Shown one piece after another: positions 12,191-20,213 of a DNA stretch of 40,570 nt. Made by a program: the position numbers and the translations under genes. Source of the DNA: Oceanospirillaceae bacterium (GTDB taxonomy: Bacteria; Pseudomonadota; Gammaproteobacteria; Pseudomonadales; Balneatricaceae); contig JABXHP010000111.1 of the NCBI GenBank assembly GCA_013373575.1, positions 1 through 40,570 on the forward strand, given 5' to 3'. The notes beneath the pieces were generated by a model. It was not told the origin of the DNA. It ran no database searches and was given only the letters and a program-made list of their open reading frames with translations. Within the stretch, counting starts at the first letter, position 1. Every line of letters starts with the position of its first letter.

Positions 12191-13680
12191 GTGCGCTCTC
12201 CTGCACTCAGTACCTGCAACGCAACCTCTGCATCAGAAAACGGCAGACGTTCGCCCTTAATCTCTTGATAACTCTCGTGCCCTTTACCCGCCAACAGCAC
12301 GATATCCGCTGCGGTTGCAGCAGAAATAACACTCTCAATGGCGCGTTTGCGGTCGATCTCAGTCGTCACTTGCTCAGGGTTTTCAAAACCTGCAAGCGTA
12401 TCTTCCAGTATCTTCTGAGGATCCTCGTTACGCGGGTTGTCGCTGGTTAGCCAGACTCTATCGCTCCCGTCTTCTGCGGCAGCCGCCATCATAGGGCGCT
12501 TGCCGCGATCCCGATCGCCACCGCATCCAAACAGCACAAAGAGTTGCCCCTCTGTCAGATGAGCGCGGCAAGCAGCCAGCGCTTTCTCTAACGCATCAGG
12601 TGTATGAGCGTAGTCAACCAAAACAGTGGGGCCTTGCGGACTAGATATGCGCTGCATGCGCCCAGTTACAGGTTCGAGCGCATTGAGCGCAGTAGAAATG
12701 GTATCGACTGGGTAGCCAAGCTGCAGTAGCAGACCCGATACAAGCAGCAGATTGGCGATATTGAACTCACCGAGCAGATTCGACTCTAGCTCAAATCGCT
12801 GGGCTCCCAGTTTAATCTGCAGTCTCATGCCACTGGGGTGCAACTCTTTACTAATCAGTGCCACTACCTGGCTTTGGTCGGTCAGCGAGAAGCCGATGCG
12901 ATCCAACCCATGGCGTATGGACGCAAGAATGGTCGCAGGACGAGGGTCGTCAGCATTTAACACCTGGCGCCCAACATTGTATTCGTTAAACAACCGTGCT
13001 TTAGCAGCCGCATACGCCGCTTCGGTCCCGTGATAATCGAGATGGTCGCGGGTGAGGTTGGTATAACCAACCACATCAAATTCGACACCCTCTATACGCC
13101 CCTGATCAATCGCATGGCTGGAGACCTCCATCACCACAGCTTCAGCGCCTTGCGCCAGGAATTCGGCAAGCATGCGGTGTAGATCTACTGCATCCGGGGT
13201 GGTGTGGCTCGCATCACTGAGATTGGTGAGAAAACCGTTACCTAGGGTACCGATGAGCGCAGTGCGTCTACCGAGATGCTCAAGCGCCTGAACACAAAAG
13301 TGCGCAGAAGAGGTTTTGCCGTTGGTACCCGTAATACCGACAACCTTGAGCTTGCGACTCGGAGAGTGGTAGAAGCGATCTGCCAAAACCCCCAATCCCA
13401 GCCGTTTGGTTATCCAAGCGATGACAGGCACGTTAAGGATCAACTGCAGGTGCTCAGCCTCAGCCTGGCTAGCATCCAACAATACAGCCACAGCCCCTTT
13501 GGCAACCGCGTCCGCTGCGAACTCGGCACCCGTAGTTTTAAGACCGCGACGTGCAATAAACAGATCACCCGGCTTGGTGGAGCGACTATCTTGCGACAAG
13601 CCAGTCACTTCCGTCTTGTGCAAACACCCGAGTTCGGGCAGCAGCTCGGAGAGCGTCCAAGTTAGCGACAAACTATTCAT
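12187..13680 (-). CDS. murE: UDP-MurNAc-dipeptide--meso-DAP ligase
   Basis: GITGTNGKT, MEVSSH, DYAHTPDAL, DNPR (meso-DAP specificity motif), AGKGHE. Confidence 0.97.
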   Translation of the reverse strand: MNSLSLTWTLSELLPELGCLHKTEVTGLSQDSRSTKPGDLFIARRGLKTTGAEFAADAVAKGAVAVLLDASQAEAEHLQLILNVPVIAWITKRLGLGVLADRFYHSPSRKLKVVGITGTNGKTSSAHFCVQALEHLGRRTALIGTLGNGFLTNLSDASHTTPDAVDLHRMLAEFLAQGAEAVVMEVSSHAIDQGRIEGVEFDVVGYTNLTRDHLDYHGTEAAYAAAKARLFNEYNVGRQVLNADDPRPATILASIRHGLDRIGFSLTDQSQVVALISKELHPSGMRLQIKLGAQRFELESNLLGEFNIANLLLVSGLLLQLGYPVDTISTALNALEPVTGRMQRISSPQGPTVLVDYAHTPDALEKALAACRAHLTEGQLFVLFGCGGDRDRGKRPMMAAAAEDGSDRVWLTSDNPRNEDPQKILEDTLAGFENPEQVTTEIDRKRAIESVISAATAADIVLLAGKGHESYQEIKGERLPFSDAEVALQVLSAGERT

Positions 13681-15386
13681 TTCGCTGCCACCTGTACTGC
13701 CGGCTCGTGCCAGTTATCAGGCGGCACATTCATTAGCCGCAGCACGCCGCTCATCACCCGGGAGAAGACCGGGGCAGCAACCTCACCCCCGTAGTACTCT
13801 TGCCCTTTGGGGTTATCAACCATTACCACCATTATGATGCGCGGATCGCTGATCGGTGCGATACCTGCGAATACGGAGATATAGGCATCGTCAGCATAAC
13901 CGCCCGCTACCGCCTTATGTGCCGTACCGGTTTTGCCACCCACGCGGTATCCAGTTACAGCCGCCTTACGCGCGGTGCCCTTGGCGCTGATGACCGTCTC
14001 CATCATATGTAACACCTGATTTGCCACCTCTTTGGGCATCACACGCTCACCAAGTGGAGACTCAGACTGTTTATACAGCGAAACCGGCAGAAGCCGGCCA
14101 TCGTTAGCAAATGGGATATAGCTTTGGGCTAACTGCAGCGGTGTGACGGATAGACCATAGCCATAAGAGAGCGTCGCCTGCTCTACCTCTTGGCGCTCAC
14201 TTAAATAGGGCAGCACACCAGTTCGCTCGCCCGGAAAGCCGGTTGAGCTGGTACGCCCAAGCCCCATATTGGCCATAAGATTGCGCACTGAATCATGCTC
14301 GAGTGAGCGCGACAGTTTCACCACACCGACATTACTTGATTTGGTGATAATTCCAGTAATATCGAGCTCCCCATAGTTACGATGATCGCGGATAGACGCT
14401 CCGCGCACCCGAATATAACCTGGCGATGTATCAACGATATCGTCAATATTGTACTTGCCGCTCATTAGCGCTGCTGCCACGGTGATGGGCTTCATGGTTG
14501 AGCCCGGCTCAAACGTATCGGTCATGGCGCGGTTACGCAGCGCATCTGTACTGAGAACTGAGCGGTCATTGGGGTTGTATGAGGGCTGGTTAACCATCGC
14601 CAACACCTCACCCGTATGGGCATCTAGAATAACCGCGGAAGCTGAGTCAGCCTTGTGCGTCTGTACCGCATCTTTGAGCTCGCGGTAGGCGAGGTACTGC
14701 AAGCGAAGATCGATACTGAGCGCTAAGTCTTCACCCGGCATAGCTTGTTGCAGATTCTGCAGGTGTTTAACCGTGCGCCCCTTACGATCCTGCAGCACCA
14801 GTGAGCGGCCTGGTTCACCACGAAGCACCTCATTAAACGCCAGCTCTAGCCCCTCCTGCCCTTCACCATCCACATTGGTAAAGCCCACCAGATGAGTTGT
14901 GACCTCAGCGGCGGGATAGAAGCGTTTGAACGACTGATCCACATGCACACCTGAGATTCTTAAGTCAGAAATACGCTCAGCCACCTCTGGCGTGACCTGG
15001 CGCTTGATGTACATGAAGCGGCGCTCAGCGCTACTCTTCAGTTCAGCTAGCAGCTCTTGAGGATTCAGATCCAACAAGCGCGCCATCTGCAGAATATTGG
15101 GATTCTGAATATCGGTCTCTTTAGGATCGGCCCAGATAGTTGCCACAGGCGCACTGACCGCAAGAGGCTCACCGTTACGATCCGTAATTAAACCACGATG
15201 AGCTGGAGTTAAACGGGTACGCAGTGAGCGCGCATCACCCTGCTGCTGCAGGAATGCCTGCTCAGAGGTGTAGAGCGATACCATTTTGAAAAGGATCGCA
15301 CTGGCCACCAGGACCAGGAGAAATCCAACCAACCAGAGCCGCCAGCTACGAGCAGCGTGGATCTGTACCAACTGCTCATCTTTCAT
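13677..15386 (-). CDS. ftsI: Penicillin-binding protein 3 (septal transpeptidase)
   Basis: N-terminal TM segment, RGLITDRNG, STMK (SxxK), SSN (SxN), KTGT. Confidence 0.96.
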   Translation of the reverse strand: MKDEQLVQIHAARSWRLWLVGFLLVLVASAILFKMVSLYTSEQAFLQQQGDARSLRTRLTPAHRGLITDRNGEPLAVSAPVATIWADPKETDIQNPNILQMARLLDLNPQELLAELKSSAERRFMYIKRQVTPEVAERISDLRISGVHVDQSFKRFYPAAEVTTHLVGFTNVDGEGQEGLELAFNEVLRGEPGRSLVLQDRKGRTVKHLQNLQQAMPGEDLALSIDLRLQYLAYRELKDAVQTHKADSASAVILDAHTGEVLAMVNQPSYNPNDRSVLSTDALRNRAMTDTFEPGSTMKPITVAAALMSGKYNIDDIVDTSPGYIRVRGASIRDHRNYGELDITGIITKSSNVGVVKLSRSLEHDSVRNLMANMGLGRTSSTGFPGERTGVLPYLSERQEVEQATLSYGYGLSVTPLQLAQSYIPFANDGRLLPVSLYKQSESPLGERVMPKEVANQVLHMMETVISAKGTARKAAVTGYRVGGKTGTAHKAVAGGYADDAYISVFAGIAPISDPRIIMVVMVDNPKGQEYYGGEVAAPVFSRVMSGVLRLMNVPPDNWHEPAVQVAAK

Positions 15387-15732
15387 GTTGAATCAACCTA
15401 ATTTCTTCTGGGTCAGGCGCGCGCATCTGAATCTCGTCTGAAGCGAGTTTTTCAACTCTTGAGTTCGAGCCCCAAGCACTCTGCTCTAGGAGCAACTGGC
15501 CCCACTCGATACGGTAGTTGTTCTGTTCACGCACCAGCGTCTGGTGCTGGTGAAATAGACGGCGATACTCGTAGGAGCTGTAGATCACCGCCAGCGCAGA
15601 ACTGATCACCAAGAGCACTAGCAGGGTCAATGCAAGAAGCTGCTCAAAAATCTGTCCAAGCGAGAGCAGCGGCTCCTCTTTACGAGCAGGCTTCGCCGTT
15701 GCGAGTTCAAAATTAGGCAGGGAGAGATTCAT
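15376..15732 (-). CDS. ftsL: Cell division protein FtsL
   Basis: TM segment plus coiled coil with EWGQLLLEQS...RVEKLA...M, located between rsmH and ftsI. Confidence 0.93.
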   Translation of the reverse strand: MNLSLPNFELATAKPARKEEPLLSLGQIFEQLLALTLLVLLVISSALAVIYSSYEYRRLFHQHQTLVREQNNYRIEWGQLLLEQSAWGSNSRVEKLASDEIQMRAPDPEEIRLIQHER

Positions 15733-16667
15733 TTCAATTTCTCCGCCACGCGCATCACTGCACTGCGAGCCCGAGGGTTGTGCTTAAGTTCATCACCACC
15801 AGCTTTAATCGCTTTGCTAACCGCTTTCAGGCGGATGCGCAGCATGTCTTGGGTCACTGGAATCCCTGGCGGCAGATGCTCATCGCCCTTCACATGTGTG
15901 CGGATAAACCGCTTAACGATACGATCTTCGAGCGAGTGGAAGCTGATCACCGCCATGCGACCACCCACCGCGAGCACCTCAAGAGTTTGATCCAACACAG
16001 CCTCGACATCCGCAAGCTCACGGTTGATATGGATACGTATACCTTGAAAAGCTCGGGTTGCGGGGTTCTTACCCTTCTCCCACTTAGGATTAGCGGCGGC
16101 GACAATTGATGCGAGTCGCGCGGTTGTCTCTATCGGCTGCTCTTCACGCTCGCGCACAATTGCAGCAGCCATACGACGACCAAAACGCTCTTCACCGTAC
16201 TTGAACAGCACATCAGCAATTTCGGATTCAGCCGCAGAGTTAACCCACTCGGCAGCACTAGGCCCGCGTGTCGTGTCCATGCGCATATCCAGCGGACCAT
16301 CAGACTGAAAACTGAATCCACGGCTTGGGTCATCCAACTGCGGAGAGCTGACCCCCAAATCCATCAGAACACCCGCCACTTTGCCCTGCAGCTCGCGCTT
16401 GGCTATAAACTCATCTAGCTGAGCAAATGAGCCATGTTCAATCTCAAACCTTAGCTCATCACCAAATCGCTGATGCGCATAAGCAATGGCTTCAGGATCT
16501 TTATCGATAGCAATTAGGCGTCCTTTTTCGCTCAGGCGATCAAGAATCAGCTGGGAGTGGCCACCACGCCCAAAGGTGCAGTCTACATAGACCCCATCCG
16601 GGTCATGCACCAGCGAATCGACAGCCTCATTGAGAAGGACAGTGATATGGTTGAGCGGCTCACTCAT
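15729..16667 (-). CDS. rsmH: 16S rRNA m4C1402 methyltransferase
   Basis: HITVLLNE, DCTFGRGGHS, DLGVSSPQLD, ISFHSLEDR, NPRARSA. Confidence 0.97.
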   Translation of the reverse strand: MSEPLNHITVLLNEAVDSLVHDPDGVYVDCTFGRGGHSQLILDRLSEKGRLIAIDKDPEAIAYAHQRFGDELRFEIEHGSFAQLDEFIAKRELQGKVAGVLMDLGVSSPQLDDPSRGFSFQSDGPLDMRMDTTRGPSAAEWVNSAAESEIADVLFKYGEERFGRRMAAAIVREREEQPIETTARLASIVAAANPKWEKGKNPATRAFQGIRIHINRELADVEAVLDQTLEVLAVGGRMAVISFHSLEDRIVKRFIRTHVKGDEHLPPGIPVTQDMLRIRLKAVSKAIKAGGDELKHNPRARSAVMRVAEKLK

Positions 16668-16678
16668 GGTGTACCTCT

Positions 16679-17134
16679 CTATAAGGAGAGCGTTTGAAGT
16701 TCATCTGGCAGTCCTTGAGCCTGATCTGACTCAGCCAGATAATCGTCGCGCTGGGAGTTCCAGAGCTCTTCGCTCCAGATTTCGAATTTGCGTCCCTGCC
16801 CCAACATCACCAGTTTCTTGTCTAACTCGGCGTATTCACGTAGCGGCGCGGGTAGCAGTAAGCGGCCGCTCGCATCCAGCTCTAAGTCGGTCGCATGACC
16901 AATTAGTAAACGCTGGATGCGGCGCGCCGCGGGGTTAAAGCTTGGTAAGGCTTCAAGCTTCTTCTCGATCAACTCCCACTCAGGCAGCGGATAGAGAAGC
17001 AGGCAGCGAGCTTCGGTATCGATGGTGACGACTAGTTCGTTATCGCAGCAGTCAGCAATCTGCTCGCGATAGCGTGCCGGCATTGCCATGCGCCCTTTCG
17101 CATCCAGATTGATTTGATTAACCCCACGAAACAT
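16679..17134 (-). CDS. mraZ: Division/cell-wall cluster transcriptional repressor MraZ
   Basis: MFRG start, two DxxGR motifs (LDAKGR, LDASGR), first gene of the dcw cluster. Confidence 0.97.
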   Translation of the reverse strand: MFRGVNQINLDAKGRMAMPARYREQIADCCDNELVVTIDTEARCLLLYPLPEWELIEKKLEALPSFNPAARRIQRLLIGHATDLELDASGRLLLPAPLREYAELDKKLVMLGQGRKFEIWSEELWNSQRDDYLAESDQAQGLPDELQTLSL

Positions 17135-17220
17135 ATCGTCTCACTACTCCTGCCAGTAAAGCCTTGGAGCGCACTCTTGGTTAGCAACCTCGAGCAGCGA
17201 CTCCTATGGAAATTATCTCC

Positions 17221-17267
17221 CCCAAGAAATTTCCACATTGACCCACTTTGACCCACTTTTTACCACA
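17221..17267 (-). promoter_or_regulatory. MraZ operator: GTGG(G) direct repeats at 10-bp period
   Basis: Minus strand tGTGGtaaaaaGTGGGtcaaaGTGGGtcaatGTGGaaatttctTGGG; CCAC on plus at 17233, 17243, 17253, 17263. Confidence 0.85.
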
Positions 17268-17274
17268 CAATGAC

Positions 17275-17303
17275 ACTATAAGAGCAAAGTAGCCCTTTTG
17301 CAA
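17275..17303 (-). promoter_or_regulatory. Sigma70 promoter of the dcw operon
   Basis: TTGCAA-17 bp-TATAGT immediately upstream of the MraZ boxes. Confidence 0.75.
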
Positions 17304-17563
17304 CTTCGCCAGAGCGGTCTCCCTAGGCATTTAAGGAGGCACTACCGGAGCCGATAAAACAGCAGAGAAAGTGGATAATCTTTTTCTTTTTCAGACAGTT
17401 AGAACAGAAACGCCAATAGTATCCAGAAGCAATACAGAGACACTCGCATGGATCGGTGTCGTAAAGTGGGAGAGAAAAGACGAACAAAAAATCACCAGTT
17501 ATTAACCGGCAAACTCAACTAGTCTAATGATTTCAGCGAGATAGCAGCAAGAGGCAGGGATTT

Positions 17564-17600
17564 GTACAGTGAAGAGGAATTATTTTCATCTTCACTGCAC
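17564..17600 (-). other. 12-bp stem-loop after the DUF4432 gene (no U-tract)
   Basis: Minus strand GTGCAGTGAAGA-13 nt-TCTTCACTGTAC, starting 10 nt after the stop codon. Confidence 0.5.
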
Positions 17601-17610
17601 GCAGGGAAAG

Positions 17611-18759
17611 TTAACAGGCAACCAAGGGCTCAGCCAGAACCTCGGAAGATTGAGCCGCCTGAAGGGCTGCAACCTCTGCTTCGGCCGCTGCAACCGCAGC
17701 ATGATCCTGCAGAAAGTCGAACTGCAGGTTAAACAGGCGGCTCTCACCTGCACCGATTGAGGGAACCAGACCTAGATCGCGCTGATAGCGGCGGTTATAA
17801 GCGAAGCTAGTCCCCGGCTCCAACCCCACCACATACCCCTGCTCTGGAGTGTCGGTATTTTTCCACAATGTAAGGACTGGCAACTGATTAAGGTTGTAAC
17901 GCATAGCCACCCCCTTATCGGCAGCTGCGTTGCGCAACAGCGCCAGCGTATCACCCTCTGAATCACCTAGAGGCCGGATATTGAAGACCTCCTCATCAAA
18001 TCCAGCCGTTGGTGCGGGCATTGTGCTCCAAGTGTTAAGACCCTCCTTTGCGCGCTCATTGAAAGGCGAGAGCTGCTTCACCGGGACGCAGACCTCGGCA
18101 CCCTGTTCTAAAAGCGGAACTCCAAAGTTATTGTGGTAGATAATCTGGTACTCACGCGCAGAGGAACCGCGGTTAATCAGCTCATCACTGATTCGAAAAC
18201 TCGCTTCGCCAGGGAGAATATCGAGGTGCATCCACACCTCAAACTCACAGCGCTTGAAGCAGCGCTCATCGACACGTCCGGAGAGACGAACGCGATAGGG
18301 CGGAGCACTCTCGACCGAGAGACGAACGACTGATGCGGGAATATTCTGTATTTGACCATGGAGTGTCAGCATCTCACCCTGATCCTCCCCCGGGTGACCC
18401 GTCCACTGATAACCGCAACGAGCAACTAGCTCATTAAAGCCCTCAAGCCAGCCTATACCGCCCTGCTTACCGAGCTCCATATAGGCTGGATTGACCACCT
18501 CTTTTACTGGGGAGTCCCAACCAAGACGCAGATCGGCATACTGGGCATAGAGCACTCCCATTCCACGAGTCGGCGAAACTGTCAGCGTCATACCTCCAAC
18601 TCTAAGTGTGATAACCTCTGCCCCCTCCTGCTTACCGCCATGCAATATCTGATGGCGGCACTCAAAATCGACTGGGAAATCAAACCCGAGATCCGTAGCT
18701 TTTAGGGAGAAGTCACGCCGGGACACGCCCGCACGTGTGTCGGTAATCAGGTATTCCAA
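17611..18759 (-). CDS. Aldose 1-epimerase superfamily protein (DUF4432-like)
   Basis: LHGGKQEG, PTRGMG, LGWDSPV, LTLHG, YHNNFG, GYVVGLEPGT motifs recalled for this family; TTG start after AGGA. Confidence 0.8.
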   Translation of the reverse strand: MEYLITDTRAGVSRRDFSLKATDLGFDFPVDFECRHQILHGGKQEGAEVITLRVGGMTLTVSPTRGMGVLYAQYADLRLGWDSPVKEVVNPAYMELGKQGGIGWLEGFNELVARCGYQWTGHPGEDQGEMLTLHGQIQNIPASVVRLSVESAPPYRVRLSGRVDERCFKRCEFEVWMHLDILPGEASFRISDELINRGSSAREYQIIYHNNFGVPLLEQGAEVCVPVKQLSPFNERAKEGLNTWSTMPAPTAGFDEEVFNIRPLGDSEGDTLALLRNAAADKGVAMRYNLNQLPVLTLWKNTDTPEQGYVVGLEPGTSFAYNRRYQRDLGLVPSIGAGESRLFNLQFDFLQDHAAVAAAEAEVAALQAAQSSEVLAEPLVAC

Positions 18760-18768
18760 TTTACATCC

Positions 18769-19755
18769 TTAGAGTTGGTTGCTGCAGCTTGCGTTAGACT
18801 CAAGGTCAGACAGGTTCTGCGCCGTGGTCTCAGCGATATTAATTAACGCTTCCTGAGTCAAAAAGGCCTGATGCCCAGTAATGATAACGTTGGGAAAGGT
18901 GGTCAGACGCATCAACTCATCGTCCGCAATCACCTCGCCAGATAGATCTTCGAAAAAGAGATCCGCCTCCTCCTCATAAACATCCAGCGCCAGCCCTCCG
19001 ACCTGTAGCGATTTTAAACCACCGATAACCGCTTGGGTATCCACCAAACCACCACGACTGGTGTTAATGATAATCACCCCCTGTTTCATACTCGCCAAGG
19101 CTTCAGCACCAACAAGATGGTGGGTTTGCGGCGTAAGGGGACAGTGCAGGCTGATGATATCGGACTCAGCATAGAGCTTAGCAAGATCGACATACTCCAC
19201 ACCCATCTCAAGCGCCTCCTCACAGGGGTAGAGATCATAGGCGATCACCCTCGCGCCAAACCCCCTCAATATTTGGCAGAAGACCCGACCTATGGTACCC
19301 GTACCAATAACCCCTACTGTTTTACCGTGGATGTCACGCCCCACCAAACCATCTAAAGAGAAGTTACCTTCGCGTACACGGTTGTAAGCTTTATGAATAT
19401 GACGGTTTAGGGCCATCAACAGTGCCACAGCATGCTCTGCAACTGCATAAGGCGAGTAGGCAGGCACACGAACCACTGGGATACCTGCATTGGCTGCCGC
19501 ATCGAGGTCGACATTGTTATAACCAGCGCAACGAAGCGCTATCGCCTTTACGCCGAGCGAATCAAGCGACGCGATCACCTCAGCATCGACGCAATCATTC
19601 ACAAAGACCGAAATTGCATCGTACCCCTCAGCCAGAGCGGCGGTACGCCCGCTCAGATGCGCCTCCTCAAAGGCGATTTCATGACCTAGCTTAACCATCG
19701 CCTGACGCAAAAAAGCTCGTTCATCTTTACGTGCACTAAAAACCAAAACTCGCAT
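18769..19755 (-). CDS. ldhA: D-2-hydroxyacid dehydrogenase, D-lactate dehydrogenase-like (start moved to ATG at 19755)
   Basis: ALRCAGYNNVDL, VPAYSPYAVAEH, GTGTIG, LHCPL, NTSRG, LDVYEEE, TGHQAFLT. Confidence 0.88.
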   Translation of the reverse strand: MRVLVFSARKDERAFLRQAMVKLGHEIAFEEAHLSGRTAALAEGYDAISVFVNDCVDAEVIASLDSLGVKAIALRCAGYNNVDLDAAANAGIPVVRVPAYSPYAVAEHAVALLMALNRHIHKAYNRVREGNFSLDGLVGRDIHGKTVGVIGTGTIGRVFCQILRGFGARVIAYDLYPCEEALEMGVEYVDLAKLYAESDIISLHCPLTPQTHHLVGAEALASMKQGVIIINTSRGGLVDTQAVIGGLKSLQVGGLALDVYEEEADLFFEDLSGEVIADDELMRLTTFPNVIITGHQAFLTQEALINIAETTAQNLSDLESNASCSNQL

Positions 19756-19776
19756 AGAAAAATCACCCTGAAATGA

Positions 19777-19806
19777 ATAAAAAAGGGGCGCCATGCTCGG
19801 CGCCCC
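19777..19806 (-). terminator. Rho-independent terminator just upstream of ldhA
   Basis: GGGGCGCC-GAGCAT-GGCGCCCC-TTTTTTATT on the minus strand. Confidence 0.85.
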
Positions 19807-19850
19807 AGAGGGAAGTCTAGGAATGAGCCCGACAGGCTCCCGGATATATT
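19777..19850 (-). ncRNA. Putative small RNA or structured 3' UTR
   Basis: Short hairpin, then an unpaired CU-rich stretch, then a strong terminator; no family recognised. Confidence 0.35.
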
Positions 19851-19885
19851 AAGCTTGAATAGTAAAATGGATTAGCGCGAAGATC

Positions 19886-20164
19886 TCAGAGAAAGCGTTC
19901 GACCTCATCCACCCAACGCCGCCCTTGAGGTCGCTGACGCCGCTCAAAGCTCGAAACACGCATACGTCGCTCATCGCCGGAACGCCTATCGAATCCTCGA
20001 CGCCTATCGCTACCTGAGTAGGCGAACACCTGATTTTGCGAGTACCACTGCGCGGCGCTCTGAACCGAACTAAACTCTCGAGCTCCACTCAGCGAAACAC
20101 CTTTCCTGAGCCACATAAAGACCGTCTCGCCGGCACTGTTAACCGCCTTTATTAGATCAACCAT
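19886..20164 (-). CDS. Hypothetical 92-aa protein with tandem (D/E/G)RR motifs; candidate c-di-GMP binder
   Basis: YSGSDRRRGFDRRSGDERR...ERR...GRRWVD; co-oriented and 49 bp downstream of a GGDEF gene; purine-rich sequence before the ATG. Confidence 0.7.
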   Translation of the reverse strand: MVDLIKAVNSAGETVFMWLRKGVSLSGAREFSSVQSAAQWYSQNQVFAYSGSDRRRGFDRRSGDERRMRVSSFERRQRPQGRRWVDEVERFL

Positions 20165-20199
20165 CTTGCTTTCTCACACCAAATAGATCTGTCTTCTAA

Positions 20200-20210
20200 A
20201 GTATAGTTCA
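20200..20210 (-). promoter_or_regulatory. RpoS-type -10 element upstream of the 92-aa gene
   Basis: TGAA-CTATACT on the minus strand, about 35 nt before the ATG. Confidence 0.5.
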
Positions 20211-20213
20211 AGC

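Noticed and set aside
17221-17267. 10-bp periodic tandem repeat that might suggest iterons or a mini-array
   Set aside because: Matches the known MraZ operator directly downstream of the dcw promoter
19756-19885. Possible c-di-GMP-I/II riboswitch upstream of ldhA
   Set aside because: No GEMM-like features (GNRA tetraloop/receptor pair, GCAAA motifs) visible, and the segment is short
19849-20088. Alternative 79-aa minus-strand ORF overlapping the DRR gene
   Set aside because: Non-ATG start and no motif; the 92-aa frame has an ATG, a promoter-like element and a coherent repeat pattern
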